The notes under the pieces were generated by a model. That model made no database searches and was not told the DNA's origin. It saw nothing but the letters and a program-made list of their open reading frames with translations. Positions 1 to 9,221 of a stretch of DNA of 41,977 nucleotides are shown here, in pieces; positions within the stretch are counted from its first letter, which is position 1, and the number at the start of each line of letters is the position of its first letter. The stretch comes from an uncultured Candidatus Saccharibacteria bacterium. Lineage in GTDB: Bacteria > Patescibacteriota > UBA1384 > UBA12157 > JAENIV01. The stretch lies in NCBI GenBank assembly GCA_964479405.1, contig CAYZMA010000003.1, positions 1 through 41,977 on the forward strand, given 5' to 3'. The translations under genes were made by a program, and so were the position numbers.

Positions 1-58
1 TACCCAAAACGCATCTTAGTTTGAGTAAATTAAAGCTTTATTCAACGGCCTCAATTAG

Positions 59-331
59 TTATTTAACTGAAATAATAGTTTTATCAACTTTGCGCCCGGA
101 AAAACGACGGACGCGAGATTTTGTAAATATTAATGTTCCCTCTTTTTTGGCATATAAAGTATCGTCTTTGCCCATGGCTGTGCCTTCGCCGGTATAAAAT
201 TTAGAACCGCGCTGACGAATAATAATTTGACCCGCATTTATTTTTTGGCTACCAAAAACTTTAACGCCTAAGCGCTTTGAAATACTATCTCTGCCTAATT
301 TACTTGTTCCCTTTGCTTTTGTATGAGCCAT
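59..331 (-). CDS. rpmA: 50S ribosomal protein L27
   Basis: [29 protein letters not shown] and GKDDTLYA are L27 signature segments. Confidence 0.97.
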   Translation of the reverse strand: MAHTKAKGTSKLGRDSISKRLGVKVFGSQKINAGQIIIRQRGSKFYTGEGTAMGKDDTLYAKKEGTLIFTKSRVRRFSGRKVDKTIISVK

Positions 332-398
332 ACATTTATTTAATCATAAAAATACTAAATTGTCAACAAAAATGTGTTAAGATATTTTTGAGTTAAAA

Positions 399-3300
399 AT
401 GTCAAAATTTGTCCACTTACATACCCACTCTCATTATTCATTGTTAGATGGTCTGGCAAAAATTCCAGATATTGTTTCTCGTGCCAAGCAGTTGGGAATG
501 GATTCTTTAGCTTTAACTGATCATGGCGTCATGTATGGCGCGATTGAGTTTTACAAAGAATGCTTAAAACAAGAAATTAAGCCAATAATTGGGGTTGAGG
601 CATACATTTCGCCCCGCGGAATGCAAGAAAAAGAAGGAAAAATTGATGCCAGTCCTTTCCATTTAATTCTCCTTTGCGAAAATGAAAAAGGTTATCAAAA
701 TCTTCTCAAAATAGTTTCTTTATCCCATCTTGAAGGCTTTTATTACAAACCGCGAATTGATAAAAAAACCTTGGCTAAATACGCTGAAGGTATTATCGCC
801 TCATCAGCTTGTCTTAAGGGAGAAATTCCAAATTTGGCTGTCACAAAAAATGCTAAATCAGCCGAAAAAGCCCTTTTGGAATATTTAGAAATTTTTGGAA
901 ACCAAAATTTCTTTTTGGAAGTTCAATCCCACCCAGAGCTTGAAAAGCAAAAAATTGCCAACAAAATAATGGTTGATCTAGCCAAAAAACACAAAGTCGG
1001 ACTAATTGCCACCAACGATATTCATTATTTAAATAAAGACGATGCCGAAGCTCAAGATGTTTTACTTTGCGTTCAAACGGGCAAATTTGTCTCTGATACC
1101 GATCGGATGAGTATGAAAGAAAATGGCAAATTTTTAGATATTTCCATGCGCTCCCCCGAAGAAATGGCTAAAGATTTTGACTATCTACCGGAGGCAATTG
1201 AAAATACGGTTAAGGTGGCAGAGCGATGCCAAATGAAAATTGAACTAGGCCGATTTATCTTTCCAAAGTTAGAAAGCCCTGACGGCTCCACCCCGGAAGA
1301 AAGATTAAAAAAGATTTGCGCTGATAATTTAGCCGATAAATATCCGGAATTGACCCCTGAAATAAAAGAACGTCTGGACTTTGAGCTTCGAACCATTGAT
1401 AAAATGGGCTTTGCCAATTACATGTTGGTAGTCGCCGATTACACCAATTTTGCCAAAACTCAAGGCATTTCCACCAACACTAGAGGTTCGGCCGCTGGCA
1501 GTATTGTTTCCTACCTCACAGGTATCACTGATGTTGAGCCCCTTCAATACGGTCTTCTTTTTGAAAGATTTTTAAATCCGGAAAGAATTTCCTGGCCTGA
1601 TGTTGATTTGGACATTTCCGACCGCCGACGCGCCGATTTAATTAGTTATGTCACGCAGAAATACGGCGCTGACAAAGTGGCGCAAATTATTACTTTTGGA
1701 ACCATTGCCGCCCGAAACGGTATTCGCGATACCGGTCGGGTTTTGGGCATGAGCTATACTGATCTTGATAAAATTGCCAAATTAATTCCCATGGGTCTAA
1801 CATTAAAAGAATCTCTGGACATGGTTGATGAATTAAAAACCAGCTACCAAAAAGATCCAGCGATTAAAAAACTTTTTGATTTAGCTCAAAAGATTGAAGG
1901 AGTCGCCCGCCACGCTTCGATTCACGCCGCCGGCGTTGTTATTACCGACAAACCTCTAACCGAATATATACCTTTACAAATCGCTTCCAAAGGTGAGAAA
2001 AGCATTGTTTCTCAATACGAAATGCACGCTTTGGAAGACTTGGGGTTAGTTAAAATGGACTTTTTGGGCTTGGCAAACCTGACTATTATTGACGATACTT
2101 TAAGAATCATCAGAAAAACTAAAAATGAAGAAGTTGATATTAACCATATTCCCTTGGACGATAAAGATACTTATAAATTGCTTTCTGCCGGAAAGTCGAG
2201 TGGCGTATTTCAGCTTGAGGGTGATGGAATGAAACGATACCTTAAAGAACTTCGACCAGGTAATATTAAAGATGTCATGGCGATGGTTTCCTTGTACCGT
2301 CCCGGACCGATGGAATTAATTCCCCAATATATTGCCGGAAAACACGGTCGTAGAGAAATTACCTACATTCACCCAAAACTAAAACCAATTTTGGAAGAAA
2401 CTTTCGGCGTTGCTGTTTATCAGGAACAAATTTTGCGAATTGCTCAAGATATCTGCGGTTTTTCACTCGGTCAAGCGGATATTTTACGAAAAGCAATTGG
2501 TAAAAAAATCAAAAAACTTTTAATGGAACAAAAAGAAAAATGGGTTGAAGGGGCAATTAAAAACGGTACTTCCAGAAAAGTGGCTGAAAAACTCTTTGAA
2601 TTTGTAGAGCCTTTTGCCCGATATGGTTTTAATAAAGCCCACGCCGCCAGTTACGCTTTGGTCGCTTACAAAACTGCCTATTTAAAAACTCATTATCCAA
2701 GCGAATTTATGGCCGCTTGGATGACCAGCGAGGAAGGTCGCGATATTGAAAAAATTACTTTTGCCCTCAATGAAGCCCAAAATATGGGTATTAAAGTCTT
2801 GCCACCCGATGTTAATGAATCTTTTGTTGATTTTGGGGTAATTGCCTCAACCGGCGACATTAGTTACGCTTTCGCTTCAATTAAAAATGTTGGCCGTGGG
2901 GCATCGGAAGCAATTGTTGAAGAACGTAAAGTTAATGGCAAGTTTCAAGATTTTGAATCATTCCTTACAAGATTAGGAAGCAAAGTTTTAAATAAAAAAA
3001 TTATTGATGCCCTTGCCAAAACCGGTGCTTTGGATCAATTTGCCGAAAGAAATCAAATTATTTTAAATATTGAAAATATCTTAAAGTTTTTAACTGGCAC
3101 TTCTAAAGAAATGTCCGCCAATCAAATGGGACTTTTTGGAACAAGCAAAGAAACCGCCCAAAAATTACAGTTGGCAACCGTTGCTCCAGCCACCAAAAAA
3201 GAGAAATTGGCTTGGGAAAAAGAACTTTTGGGAATGTATGTCAGCGAACATCCTTTAAAAGGAATGGAAAAAAGCCTTAAAACTTTTGCTAACCCAATCA

Positions 3301-3806
3301 ACCAAATTGCGCCGACCGAAGGAAAACAAGTCAAAGTTGCCGGCATAATTACTGCTACCTCTAAAATTTTAACTCGCTCCAAAGAATCAATGCTTTTTGC
3401 CACTTTGGAAGATACTTCCGCCCGAACCGAAGTTTTAGTTTTTCCAAAAATTTTGCAAAAAGATTCAGCCGTTTGGGCGACAAACAATATTGTTTTAGTT
3501 GAAGGTCGCACCAACACTAAAGATGGCGCTTTAAAAATTATTGCCCAGTCTATTAAAGAAATTACTTTACTCCCACTGACACCGGACAAAGATCAACTAG
3601 AAATTACCCTGCCCCGACAAGCTAAAAAAGATATTTTACTAAAAATCAAAACAATTCTGGAGGGTTTCCCCGGACTTACCCCTGTCATTTTAAAAGCGCC
3701 TCAAAACGGCGGTTTTACTGAAATCAAAACCAAAACCAAGGTTGGAAAAACCGATGAACTGATAAAACAATTGGGAGAGCTTTTGGGGGAAGAAAATATT
3801 GAGTAA
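399..3806 (+). CDS. dnaE: DNA polymerase III subunit alpha
   Basis: PHP motifs (HLHTHSHYSLLDG, TDHG), RGSAAGS, FERFLNPER..PDVDLD, YGFNKAHA, C-terminal OB fold; no intein apparent at 1135 aa. Confidence 0.97.
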   Translation: MSKFVHLHTHSHYSLLDGLAKIPDIVSRAKQLGMDSLALTDHGVMYGAIEFYKECLKQEIKPIIGVEAYISPRGMQEKEGKIDASPFHLILLCENEKGYQNLLKIVSLSHLEGFYYKPRIDKKTLAKYAEGIIASSACLKGEIPNLAVTKNAKSAEKALLEYLEIFGNQNFFLEVQSHPELEKQKIANKIMVDLAKKHKVGLIATNDIHYLNKDDAEAQDVLLCVQTGKFVSDTDRMSMKENGKFLDISMRSPEEMAKDFDYLPEAIENTVKVAERCQMKIELGRFIFPKLESPDGSTPEERLKKICADNLADKYPELTPEIKERLDFELRTIDKMGFANYMLVVADYTNFAKTQGISTNTRGSAAGSIVSYLTGITDVEPLQYGLLFERFLNPERISWPDVDLDISDRRRADLISYVTQKYGADKVAQIITFGTIAARNGIRDTGRVLGMSYTDLDKIAKLIPMGLTLKESLDMVDELKTSYQKDPAIKKLFDLAQKIEGVARHASIHAAGVVITDKPLTEYIPLQIASKGEKSIVSQYEMHALEDLGLVKMDFLGLANLTIIDDTLRIIRKTKNEEVDINHIPLDDKDTYKLLSAGKSSGVFQLEGDGMKRYLKELRPGNIKDVMAMVSLYRPGPMELIPQYIAGKHGRREITYIHPKLKPILEETFGVAVYQEQILRIAQDICGFSLGQADILRKAIGKKIKKLLMEQKEKWVEGAIKNGTSRKVAEKLFEFVEPFARYGFNKAHAASYALVAYKTAYLKTHYPSEFMAAWMTSEEGRDIEKITFALNEAQNMGIKVLPPDVNESFVDFGVIASTGDISYAFASIKNVGRGASEAIVEERKVNGKFQDFESFLTRLGSKVLNKKIIDALAKTGALDQFAERNQIILNIENILKFLTGTSKEMSANQMGLFGTSKETAQKLQLATVAPATKKEKLAWEKELLGMYVSEHPLKGMEKSLKTFANPINQIAPTEGKQVKVAGIITATSKILTRSKESMLFATLEDTSARTEVLVFPKILQKDSAVWATNNIVLVEGRTNTKDGALKIIAQSIKEITLLPLTPDKDQLEITLPRQAKKDILLKIKTILEGFPGLTPVILKAPQNGGFTEIKTKTKVGKTDELIKQLGELLGEENIE

Positions 3807-3809
3807 AAT

Positions 3810-3838
3810 TTGACAAAACTCAATGGCTAAATTAAACT
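3810..3838 (+). promoter_or_regulatory. sigma70-type promoter
   Basis: TTGACA-N17-TAAACT upstream of the 3899 ORF; AGGAGG RBS at 3888-3893. Confidence 0.65.
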
Positions 3839-3868
3839 AAAAATAGTTACTAAAAATAAATGAATAAA

Positions 3869-3884
3869 TCCGCCAGCTGGCGGA
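3869..3884. repeat. 16-bp perfect palindrome TCCGCCAGCTGGCGGA (dispersed micro-repeat)
   Basis: Identical copy at 37033-37048; variant TTCGCCAGCTGGCGAA at 20048-20063. Confidence 0.85.
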
Positions 3885-3898
3885 AAAAGGAGGTTTAA

Positions 3899-4231
3899 AT
3901 GGCCGATCAAACACCATCAACGGGTGGCGGAACAGAGGGAATGGACCCAAAACTGGCAGGATTACTCTGCTATATTTGGATTGTGGGACTGGTTTTTCTA
4001 ATTATTTCTAAAGACAAATTCGTCCGCTTCCATGCTCTTCAATCAGTAATTTTAGGAGTGGCTTTTGCCGTCATTTCCAGTGTTGTTATGTTCATCCCGA
4101 TTGTCAACTTCTTCAGTTGGATTCTCTGGCCACTTTACATGGTCTTGATTATTATGATGATGATCAAAGCCTATGCCGGCGAAAAATACAAACTGCCAAT
4201 AGTAGGCGACTTTGCCGAAAAAAGCAGCTAA
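3899..4231 (+). CDS. DUF4870-like small membrane protein
   Basis: LAGLLCY...FVRFHALQS...KAYAGEKYKLPIVG pattern, about 3 TM segments, strong RBS. Confidence 0.8.
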   Translation: MADQTPSTGGGTEGMDPKLAGLLCYIWIVGLVFLIISKDKFVRFHALQSVILGVAFAVISSVVMFIPIVNFFSWILWPLYMVLIIMMMIKAYAGEKYKLPIVGDFAEKSS

Positions 4232-4248
4232 TAAAAAATTTCTAAATT

Positions 4249-4488
4249 ATGAAGGTTATAATTTATTCTACTCCCACTTGCCCTTATTGTTTGCAAGTGA
4301 AAAATTATTTTGAAAGCAAAAATATTGATTATACCGATATTGATGTTTCTTCTGACCAAAAATCAGCCCAAGAAATGGTTGATCTTTCCGGTCAAATGGG
4401 AGTGCCAGTAATTAAAATTGACGATAAAATTATCATCGGTTTTGATAAAAATAAAATTGACGAGCTCTTAATAAAATCTAACGAATAA
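4249..4488 (+). CDS. Glutaredoxin / NrdH-redoxin family protein
   Basis: YSTPTCPYC active site, GQMGVPVI, IIGFD. Confidence 0.92.
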   Translation: MKVIIYSTPTCPYCLQVKNYFESKNIDYTDIDVSSDQKSAQEMVDLSGQMGVPVIKIDDKIIIGFDKNKIDELLIKSNE

Positions 4489-4996
4489 CGGGTCTATTTA
4501 AATTATCCGAGTAATTTTTACAATACTTGATAATTTTTTGTTGGACTTCATAAGGATTATCAACATTATACATTACCATAACCGGATCAATGCCGGCAGT
4601 TCGGAGCGTTACATTGCCAAAATTTAGAAGAGTCCCAATCGCTCCCTTGACTTCAACGGTCATATTTTGAATTTTTTCCAACTCCGCCTCGGTAATTTTA
4701 CGCCCAAAAAGACCTTTTTGCTCAATAATTATGATTCGCTGATTAGTCAAGACATACAAATAATTGTTATAGACAAACCATTGGTAAAAACCAAAAATTA
4801 AGAAAAATAAAACAATAGCAATAATAATAAAAGCGGTAATGTGCGAAAGTCCAAAAAATAAAATAAACAGAACCAGCACAATAACAAGAGCAATACTAAT
4901 AAAACCAGCCGAAGCTAAAACCCAAGGATGGCGCTTAACCACAAAAATAACATCTTCGTCCGGTCTCTGTCCATCAAATTGATATTTTTCTTGCAA
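4478..4996 (-). CDS. Membrane protein with bacterial PH (bPH_2-like) domain
   Basis: RHPW, two TM helices, then YVLTNQRII..GLF..KIQN..NFGNV; TTG start. Confidence 0.8.
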   Translation of the reverse strand: MQEKYQFDGQRPDEDVIFVVKRHPWVLASAGFISIALVIVLVLFILFFGLSHITAFIIIAIVLFFLIFGFYQWFVYNNYLYVLTNQRIIIIEQKGLFGRKITEAELEKIQNMTVEVKGAIGTLLNFGNVTLRTAGIDPVMVMYNVDNPYEVQQKIIKYCKNYSDNLNRPVIR

Positions 4997-5061
4997 AATT
5001 ATAACCTCTATTATAGTATAAACTACTGCACCTTTAAATTAAAGAAAGGGGGAAGAACCGA

Positions 5062-6402
5062 ATGTCGCGGATACCTCATCCTCGGGAAATCACCAATAAT
5101 ACTTTGCCGAATTTAAAACAAATTCAACAAGTTGCTAATTTGTTTCTAGAGTCATTACATCGCCATTTTCCCGGAAGCCAGTTTGTCCTTTTTGGTTCAC
5201 TGGTTAGGGGTGATGCCACCATTAGAAGCGATATTGATATTTGCGCCGTTTCTTTAACTGAAAGCGTCGCACAGTATGATATTAGAGATTGCTATCAAGA
5301 AATTGTTGATCAAACTGGCTGGTGGACTAAAACTACTTTTATTTTCTGCGCTTCAAGAAGAGTAGAAAAAGAAAAATTAAGATTCAAGGATGCTTATAAC
5401 AATAAGGCAGATTTTTCACCAACTACCTTTGATCATTTTGGTTTCCTCTCTCGCAATTCCCAATTTCCTGCCGAAATTCGTCAACTTTATGAAAATATCC
5501 AGCAAGATGTTCGTAAGTATAGTAAAACTGACACTCGGGCACGGTTAAAAGATCTGACCGAATATGTTAATCATGCCTTTAAGCTGGCTAAATATCTCTT
5601 GGAAGACGACCGCACTTCCCGACGCAGGTGGTTTCGTGAAGATATTCTCTTACCGACCCTTAGTAATTTAGAGAATCTTCCTTATCATTGCTTGCGGAAG
5701 TTGGCTGGCATTGTTAAAACTTTTCAAGGAACAGATAGCAAAGCCAAAATAAGGCAATGTTTTGAAAATCCCCATATACCTTTTTTTGCGGAGCTTCTTA
5801 AACCTTTTGATATTGTCTATCAGTTTGGCCTTGAATGCACCACAATTTTGGAAGATTGTCTTAAAGAAAAAAAATCAATAAGATATGACAACTTTCTAAA
5901 TATTAATTTGCCGATAATGGTCCATGCAGTCTATGATTTTCTTTTTTTACTCAAAGAGCGAATTGAAGATGAAACTCTACTTGAAGTAATTTCTGATTAT
6001 GATCGATTGATAGAAAAAACAGCACTGATTGTTGATGAGAATGATTTTTTAAAACAATTGCATTACTGGCAGGAAAGAAAAGATGTCTGCGCAATTGCTT
6101 GGAGCTGTGTTGGCGATAAAGTTATTATTAACACACCCTTCATGGCATATGTTGAATATTTCAAGGAAGGACGGATTAAATTGTGGGTCAAACCAGAAGA
6201 TATTGATGGACTTAAACATAAATTGAATCCACAATTAATTTCAGCCAGTGGCCGATTGGAAATTGATTTTTCAGTTGTGCCTCCTCAACTTTCAATTGTC
6301 AGTACCAAACCACTAAACAGCAAGTACGAGACCTACCGCAAGGTAGCAGCTCTAGCCCAAGAAATAGCTTTTAAAAAAGTAAGTGAAATATTATATCCGT
6401 GA
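5062..6402 (+). CDS. Pol-beta-type nucleotidyltransferase domain fused to a long uncharacterised region
   Basis: LFGSLVRGDATIRSDIDI (GS-x10-DxD) near the N-terminus; the remainder is not recognised. Confidence 0.65.
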   Translation: MSRIPHPREITNNTLPNLKQIQQVANLFLESLHRHFPGSQFVLFGSLVRGDATIRSDIDICAVSLTESVAQYDIRDCYQEIVDQTGWWTKTTFIFCASRRVEKEKLRFKDAYNNKADFSPTTFDHFGFLSRNSQFPAEIRQLYENIQQDVRKYSKTDTRARLKDLTEYVNHAFKLAKYLLEDDRTSRRRWFREDILLPTLSNLENLPYHCLRKLAGIVKTFQGTDSKAKIRQCFENPHIPFFAELLKPFDIVYQFGLECTTILEDCLKEKKSIRYDNFLNINLPIMVHAVYDFLFLLKERIEDETLLEVISDYDRLIEKTALIVDENDFLKQLHYWQERKDVCAIAWSCVGDKVIINTPFMAYVEYFKEGRIKLWVKPEDIDGLKHKLNPQLISASGRLEIDFSVVPPQLSIVSTKPLNSKYETYRKVAALAQEIAFKKVSEILYP

Positions 6403-6403
6403 C

Positions 6404-6426
6404 AAAAACTACGGTCGTAGTTTTTT
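6404..6426 (+). terminator. Probable intrinsic terminator
   Basis: AAAAACTACG-GT-CGTAGTTTTTT directly after the stop codon. Confidence 0.55.
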
Positions 6427-6434
6427 CGCACTAT

Positions 6435-6478
6435 TTCCCCCGGCGCAATCCGGGGGCTTATTTTATTAACCAAAATCC
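6435..6478. repeat. Terminator-like hairpin, copy 1 of direct repeat
   Basis: TTCCCCCGGCGCAATCCGGGGG (22 bp) is identical at 7416-7437; both are followed by a similar TTATTTTATT..CCAAA.TCC tail. Confidence 0.85.
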
Positions 6479-6533
6479 AACCGGAGTTTATCCGCCTTTG
6501 GTGGAAGGTTGGATTTACAGGTTAGATTAATCC

Positions 6534-6570
6534 TCTAAACCTATTGTCCACCTCGTAGGTGGACATTGGG
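6534..6570. repeat. REP-like hairpin repeat, copy 1
   Basis: TCTAAACCTATTGTCCACCT-CGT-AGGTGGACATTGGG; 33/37 identical to 15623-15659. Confidence 0.85.
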
Positions 6571-6716
6571 GTAAAAGATAAATAAATTCTAGAATTTAGA
6601 GCAACACCCTTGATTTTTAACCTATTACCTGCTACACTTTAGGCAGTTTGCATTCCGCCTCCACTAAATAACAGATTGCTGAAGCACTTAAACAAATCAA
6701 GGAGGAATATTGTATA

Positions 6717-7403
6717 ATGTCAGAAACAAAGAAACGATTGGTTTTGGAATCTGGTCCTTCTGGAACCGGAAAGACGCCCAAGATTAAGGCGATAGTAAAA
6801 GAATATGGTCAGTCTTTCGGGAGGATTATACTTACTACTAGCCGTCTTAGAAGAGAAGGTGAAGTTGATAAGATAGACTACTATTTCAAAACAGCGGACG
6901 AGATTATGGGAATGCCCAATGATGAAATAGTAGCCCGTGGCAGTGTTCGCGGAGAAATGATACAGGCTATTTCTAAAGAAGCAGTTAATGATGCTTTCGA
7001 GAGAAATGATCTTGTCTATGTTGAGGCTTATCCCTCGCTTGGTGAAAATCTGCTTCGTTGGATAAAAACACAATCGGATTGCTCCTTTGAGATTAGAACA
7101 GTTGCCTTTATCCCAATAAGTTGGGAAGAAATTACTCAATGTTCAAAGTCAATGCGTCTTCCTCCAGAAGAAATCGTCTACCTTACAGTTAAAGGTAAAC
7201 TGGAGCGACGTGGCAAGGATAAACCAGAAAACATTGAGAAACGTGCCCGCCTTGCTTACTACGAGATGACGTTAATGAGAGGATATCAGCACACAATCGT
7301 TTGTCATGTCGGAGAAGATGAAATTGAACAATGGGGCGAGAAACTTGGTTTTGAACCACTAAGGGCAAAAGAGGAGATGCTTCAAATCATGGATTTGACT
7401 TGA
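6717..7403 (+). CDS. Guanylate kinase-like P-loop protein
   Basis: SGPSGTGKT Walker A; TTSRLRREGEVDKIDYYF resembles the GK motif TTRxxRxGExxGxDYxF; LERRGKD..IEKR lid; AGGAGG RBS. Confidence 0.75.
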   Translation: MSETKKRLVLESGPSGTGKTPKIKAIVKEYGQSFGRIILTTSRLRREGEVDKIDYYFKTADEIMGMPNDEIVARGSVRGEMIQAISKEAVNDAFERNDLVYVEAYPSLGENLLRWIKTQSDCSFEIRTVAFIPISWEEITQCSKSMRLPPEEIVYLTVKGKLERRGKDKPENIEKRARLAYYEMTLMRGYQHTIVCHVGEDEIEQWGEKLGFEPLRAKEEMLQIMDLT

Positions 7404-7415
7404 ACTTTTCAAAAA

Positions 7416-7460
7416 TTCCCCCGGCGCAATCCGGGGGATTTTATTTTATTGCCAAATTCC
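7416..7460. terminator. Bidirectional terminator-like hairpin, copy 2 of direct repeat
   Basis: CCCCCGG-CGCAAT-CCGGGGG between convergent genes; matches 6435-6478. Confidence 0.75.
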
Positions 7461-7536
7461 TGTTACAAATGGCGCGACCATGCCTAAAGCGACTAAAATA
7501 ATAATGATGATTAAAACAATTTTTGTACAAGATTTT

Positions 7537-8631
7537 TTATCCATTTTGACGAGCCCTCTTTCTTAATTCTAATACTACCAGCGCCAAAGCTAAAACAATC
7601 ATTAGACAAATTAAAACAATTAAAGCGGTGATTTTTTCTTGAGTTTTAGAAATAATCGCCACCGTACCAAAAATCATGGAAATAATATATAAAAGTATAA
7701 CCGATTGTTTCTGGGTTAGACCCGCCGTCAACAGCCGGTGATGCAAATGCCTTTTATCAGCCAAAAATGGTGATTTTCCCTTAAAAATACGACGAAGAAC
7801 CACCCAGCCGACATCTAAAACTGGGATTCCTAAAACCAAAAAAGAAGTCGCCAACTTTCCACCGGAAATCATTGCCAGAACACCAATCAAGTAACCTAAA
7901 GCCATACTGCCGGAATCACCTAAAAAGATTCGCGCCGGATTAAAATTCCAGGGCAAAAATCCTGCCGCCGTCCCGGCAATAATCACTGCCAAAAGAGCGC
8001 TGGCATCTTGACCCAGGCTAATGCTTAAAAAGAAAATCACAATCGCCGAAATTAAAGAAATGCCAGTGGCTAAACCATCTAAACCATCTAAAAAATTGAA
8101 AGTATTAATCAGTAAAAGAATCCAAAATATTGAAATTAAATCCGCTAAAACTTCAATATTAAAACCGTGACCAAATAAAGCAAAATGAATTTGCGGATTA
8201 GTCAAATCAAGGTGACTGCCAAAAGGAAGTCTTAAAAAACCAATTGAAACACCAAACGAAACCACAATCACACAAGCCACCAACTGCCAAAATAATTTCT
8301 TTAACGGTCCAACACCGCGAATATCATCTAAAATGCCTAGGACAATTAAAACAATCAGTCCCAAGATCACCCCAATCAATTTCTGATCGGCAAACCATAA
8401 ATTTTCGCCAAAATTAAGCCGACGAGAGGCAAAAATGTAACCAATTGTCACAATTAAAAAAGTTGCAACAATCGCTACCCCTCCCAACCGCGGTAAAGGA
8501 TAAGGGTGGATTTTTCGTGGTGAAGGTTGGTCAAATAATTTTAATTTTTGAGCCAGACGTCTGACATAATAAGTCAGCCCGCCACAAATTAAAGCACTGA
8601 TGACAAAAGCCGGTAAATAAGCTCGGATCAT
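7537..8631 (-). CDS. Undecaprenyl-phosphate GlcNAc-1-phosphate transferase (WecA/TagO/MraY family)
   Basis: PRLGG, GILDD, NTFNFLDGLDGLA, FLGDSGS, DKRHLHHRL motifs; multi-TM. Confidence 0.92.
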   Translation of the reverse strand: MIRAYLPAFVISALICGGLTYYVRRLAQKLKLFDQPSPRKIHPYPLPRLGGVAIVATFLIVTIGYIFASRRLNFGENLWFADQKLIGVILGLIVLIVLGILDDIRGVGPLKKLFWQLVACVIVVSFGVSIGFLRLPFGSHLDLTNPQIHFALFGHGFNIEVLADLISIFWILLLINTFNFLDGLDGLATGISLISAIVIFFLSISLGQDASALLAVIIAGTAAGFLPWNFNPARIFLGDSGSMALGYLIGVLAMISGGKLATSFLVLGIPVLDVGWVVLRRIFKGKSPFLADKRHLHHRLLTAGLTQKQSVILLYIISMIFGTVAIISKTQEKITALIVLICLMIVLALALVVLELRKRARQNG

Positions 8632-9221
8632 TTTTTAATCTTTCCCCAATCCTTAGTATAAAAAACATTTTCCATCACTAAATCGTAATCCAAAATTTCT
8701 TCTTTCTTAAACCAAATGGCAATTTCTTTTTGCGCTTCTTCAGATGAACCAGAAGCATGAATTAAAGTATGAATTACTCGGCCCAAACCATCAGATAACT
8801 CATAGCTTTCCATAGAATAGTCGCCACGAATTGAACCGATATCAGCAATCAAAGGATTGGTAGCGCCGGCAGTTTTTCGTCCTAAAGTGCACGCATGAGG
8901 ACCCTGCCAAACCATAAATATTACTGGACGATCCGTTAAATGTTCTATAAGTCGTTTGCGAGTGAGTTTTGCCAAATCAATTGGACCCATACCAGGATCA
9001 ATGCCTTTTGACTTTTAGTTTTCATAAGTTTTAGTGCCATTAGAAACATACCATTCTTCATCATCAGGATAATGTTTACCAACTTGTTCTTTAGTTGGAG
9101 CAATCATTTTGCAAGCAACTAGCTTCAATCCCCGCTTTTCAAATTTAGAGATAAATTCGCCAATTAAATGACGTTGAATTGATTCCGGTTTGATGGCAAT
9201 CAAAGTTTGTTCTTTAGACAT
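8628..9221 (-). pseudogene. ndk: Nucleoside diphosphate kinase interrupted by one in-frame TAA (9015-9017)
   Basis: The two ORFs share a frame: [10 protein letters not shown]...KTYEN*KSKGIDPGMGP...GSIRGD...LIHASGS (catalytic His motif). Confidence 0.85.
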
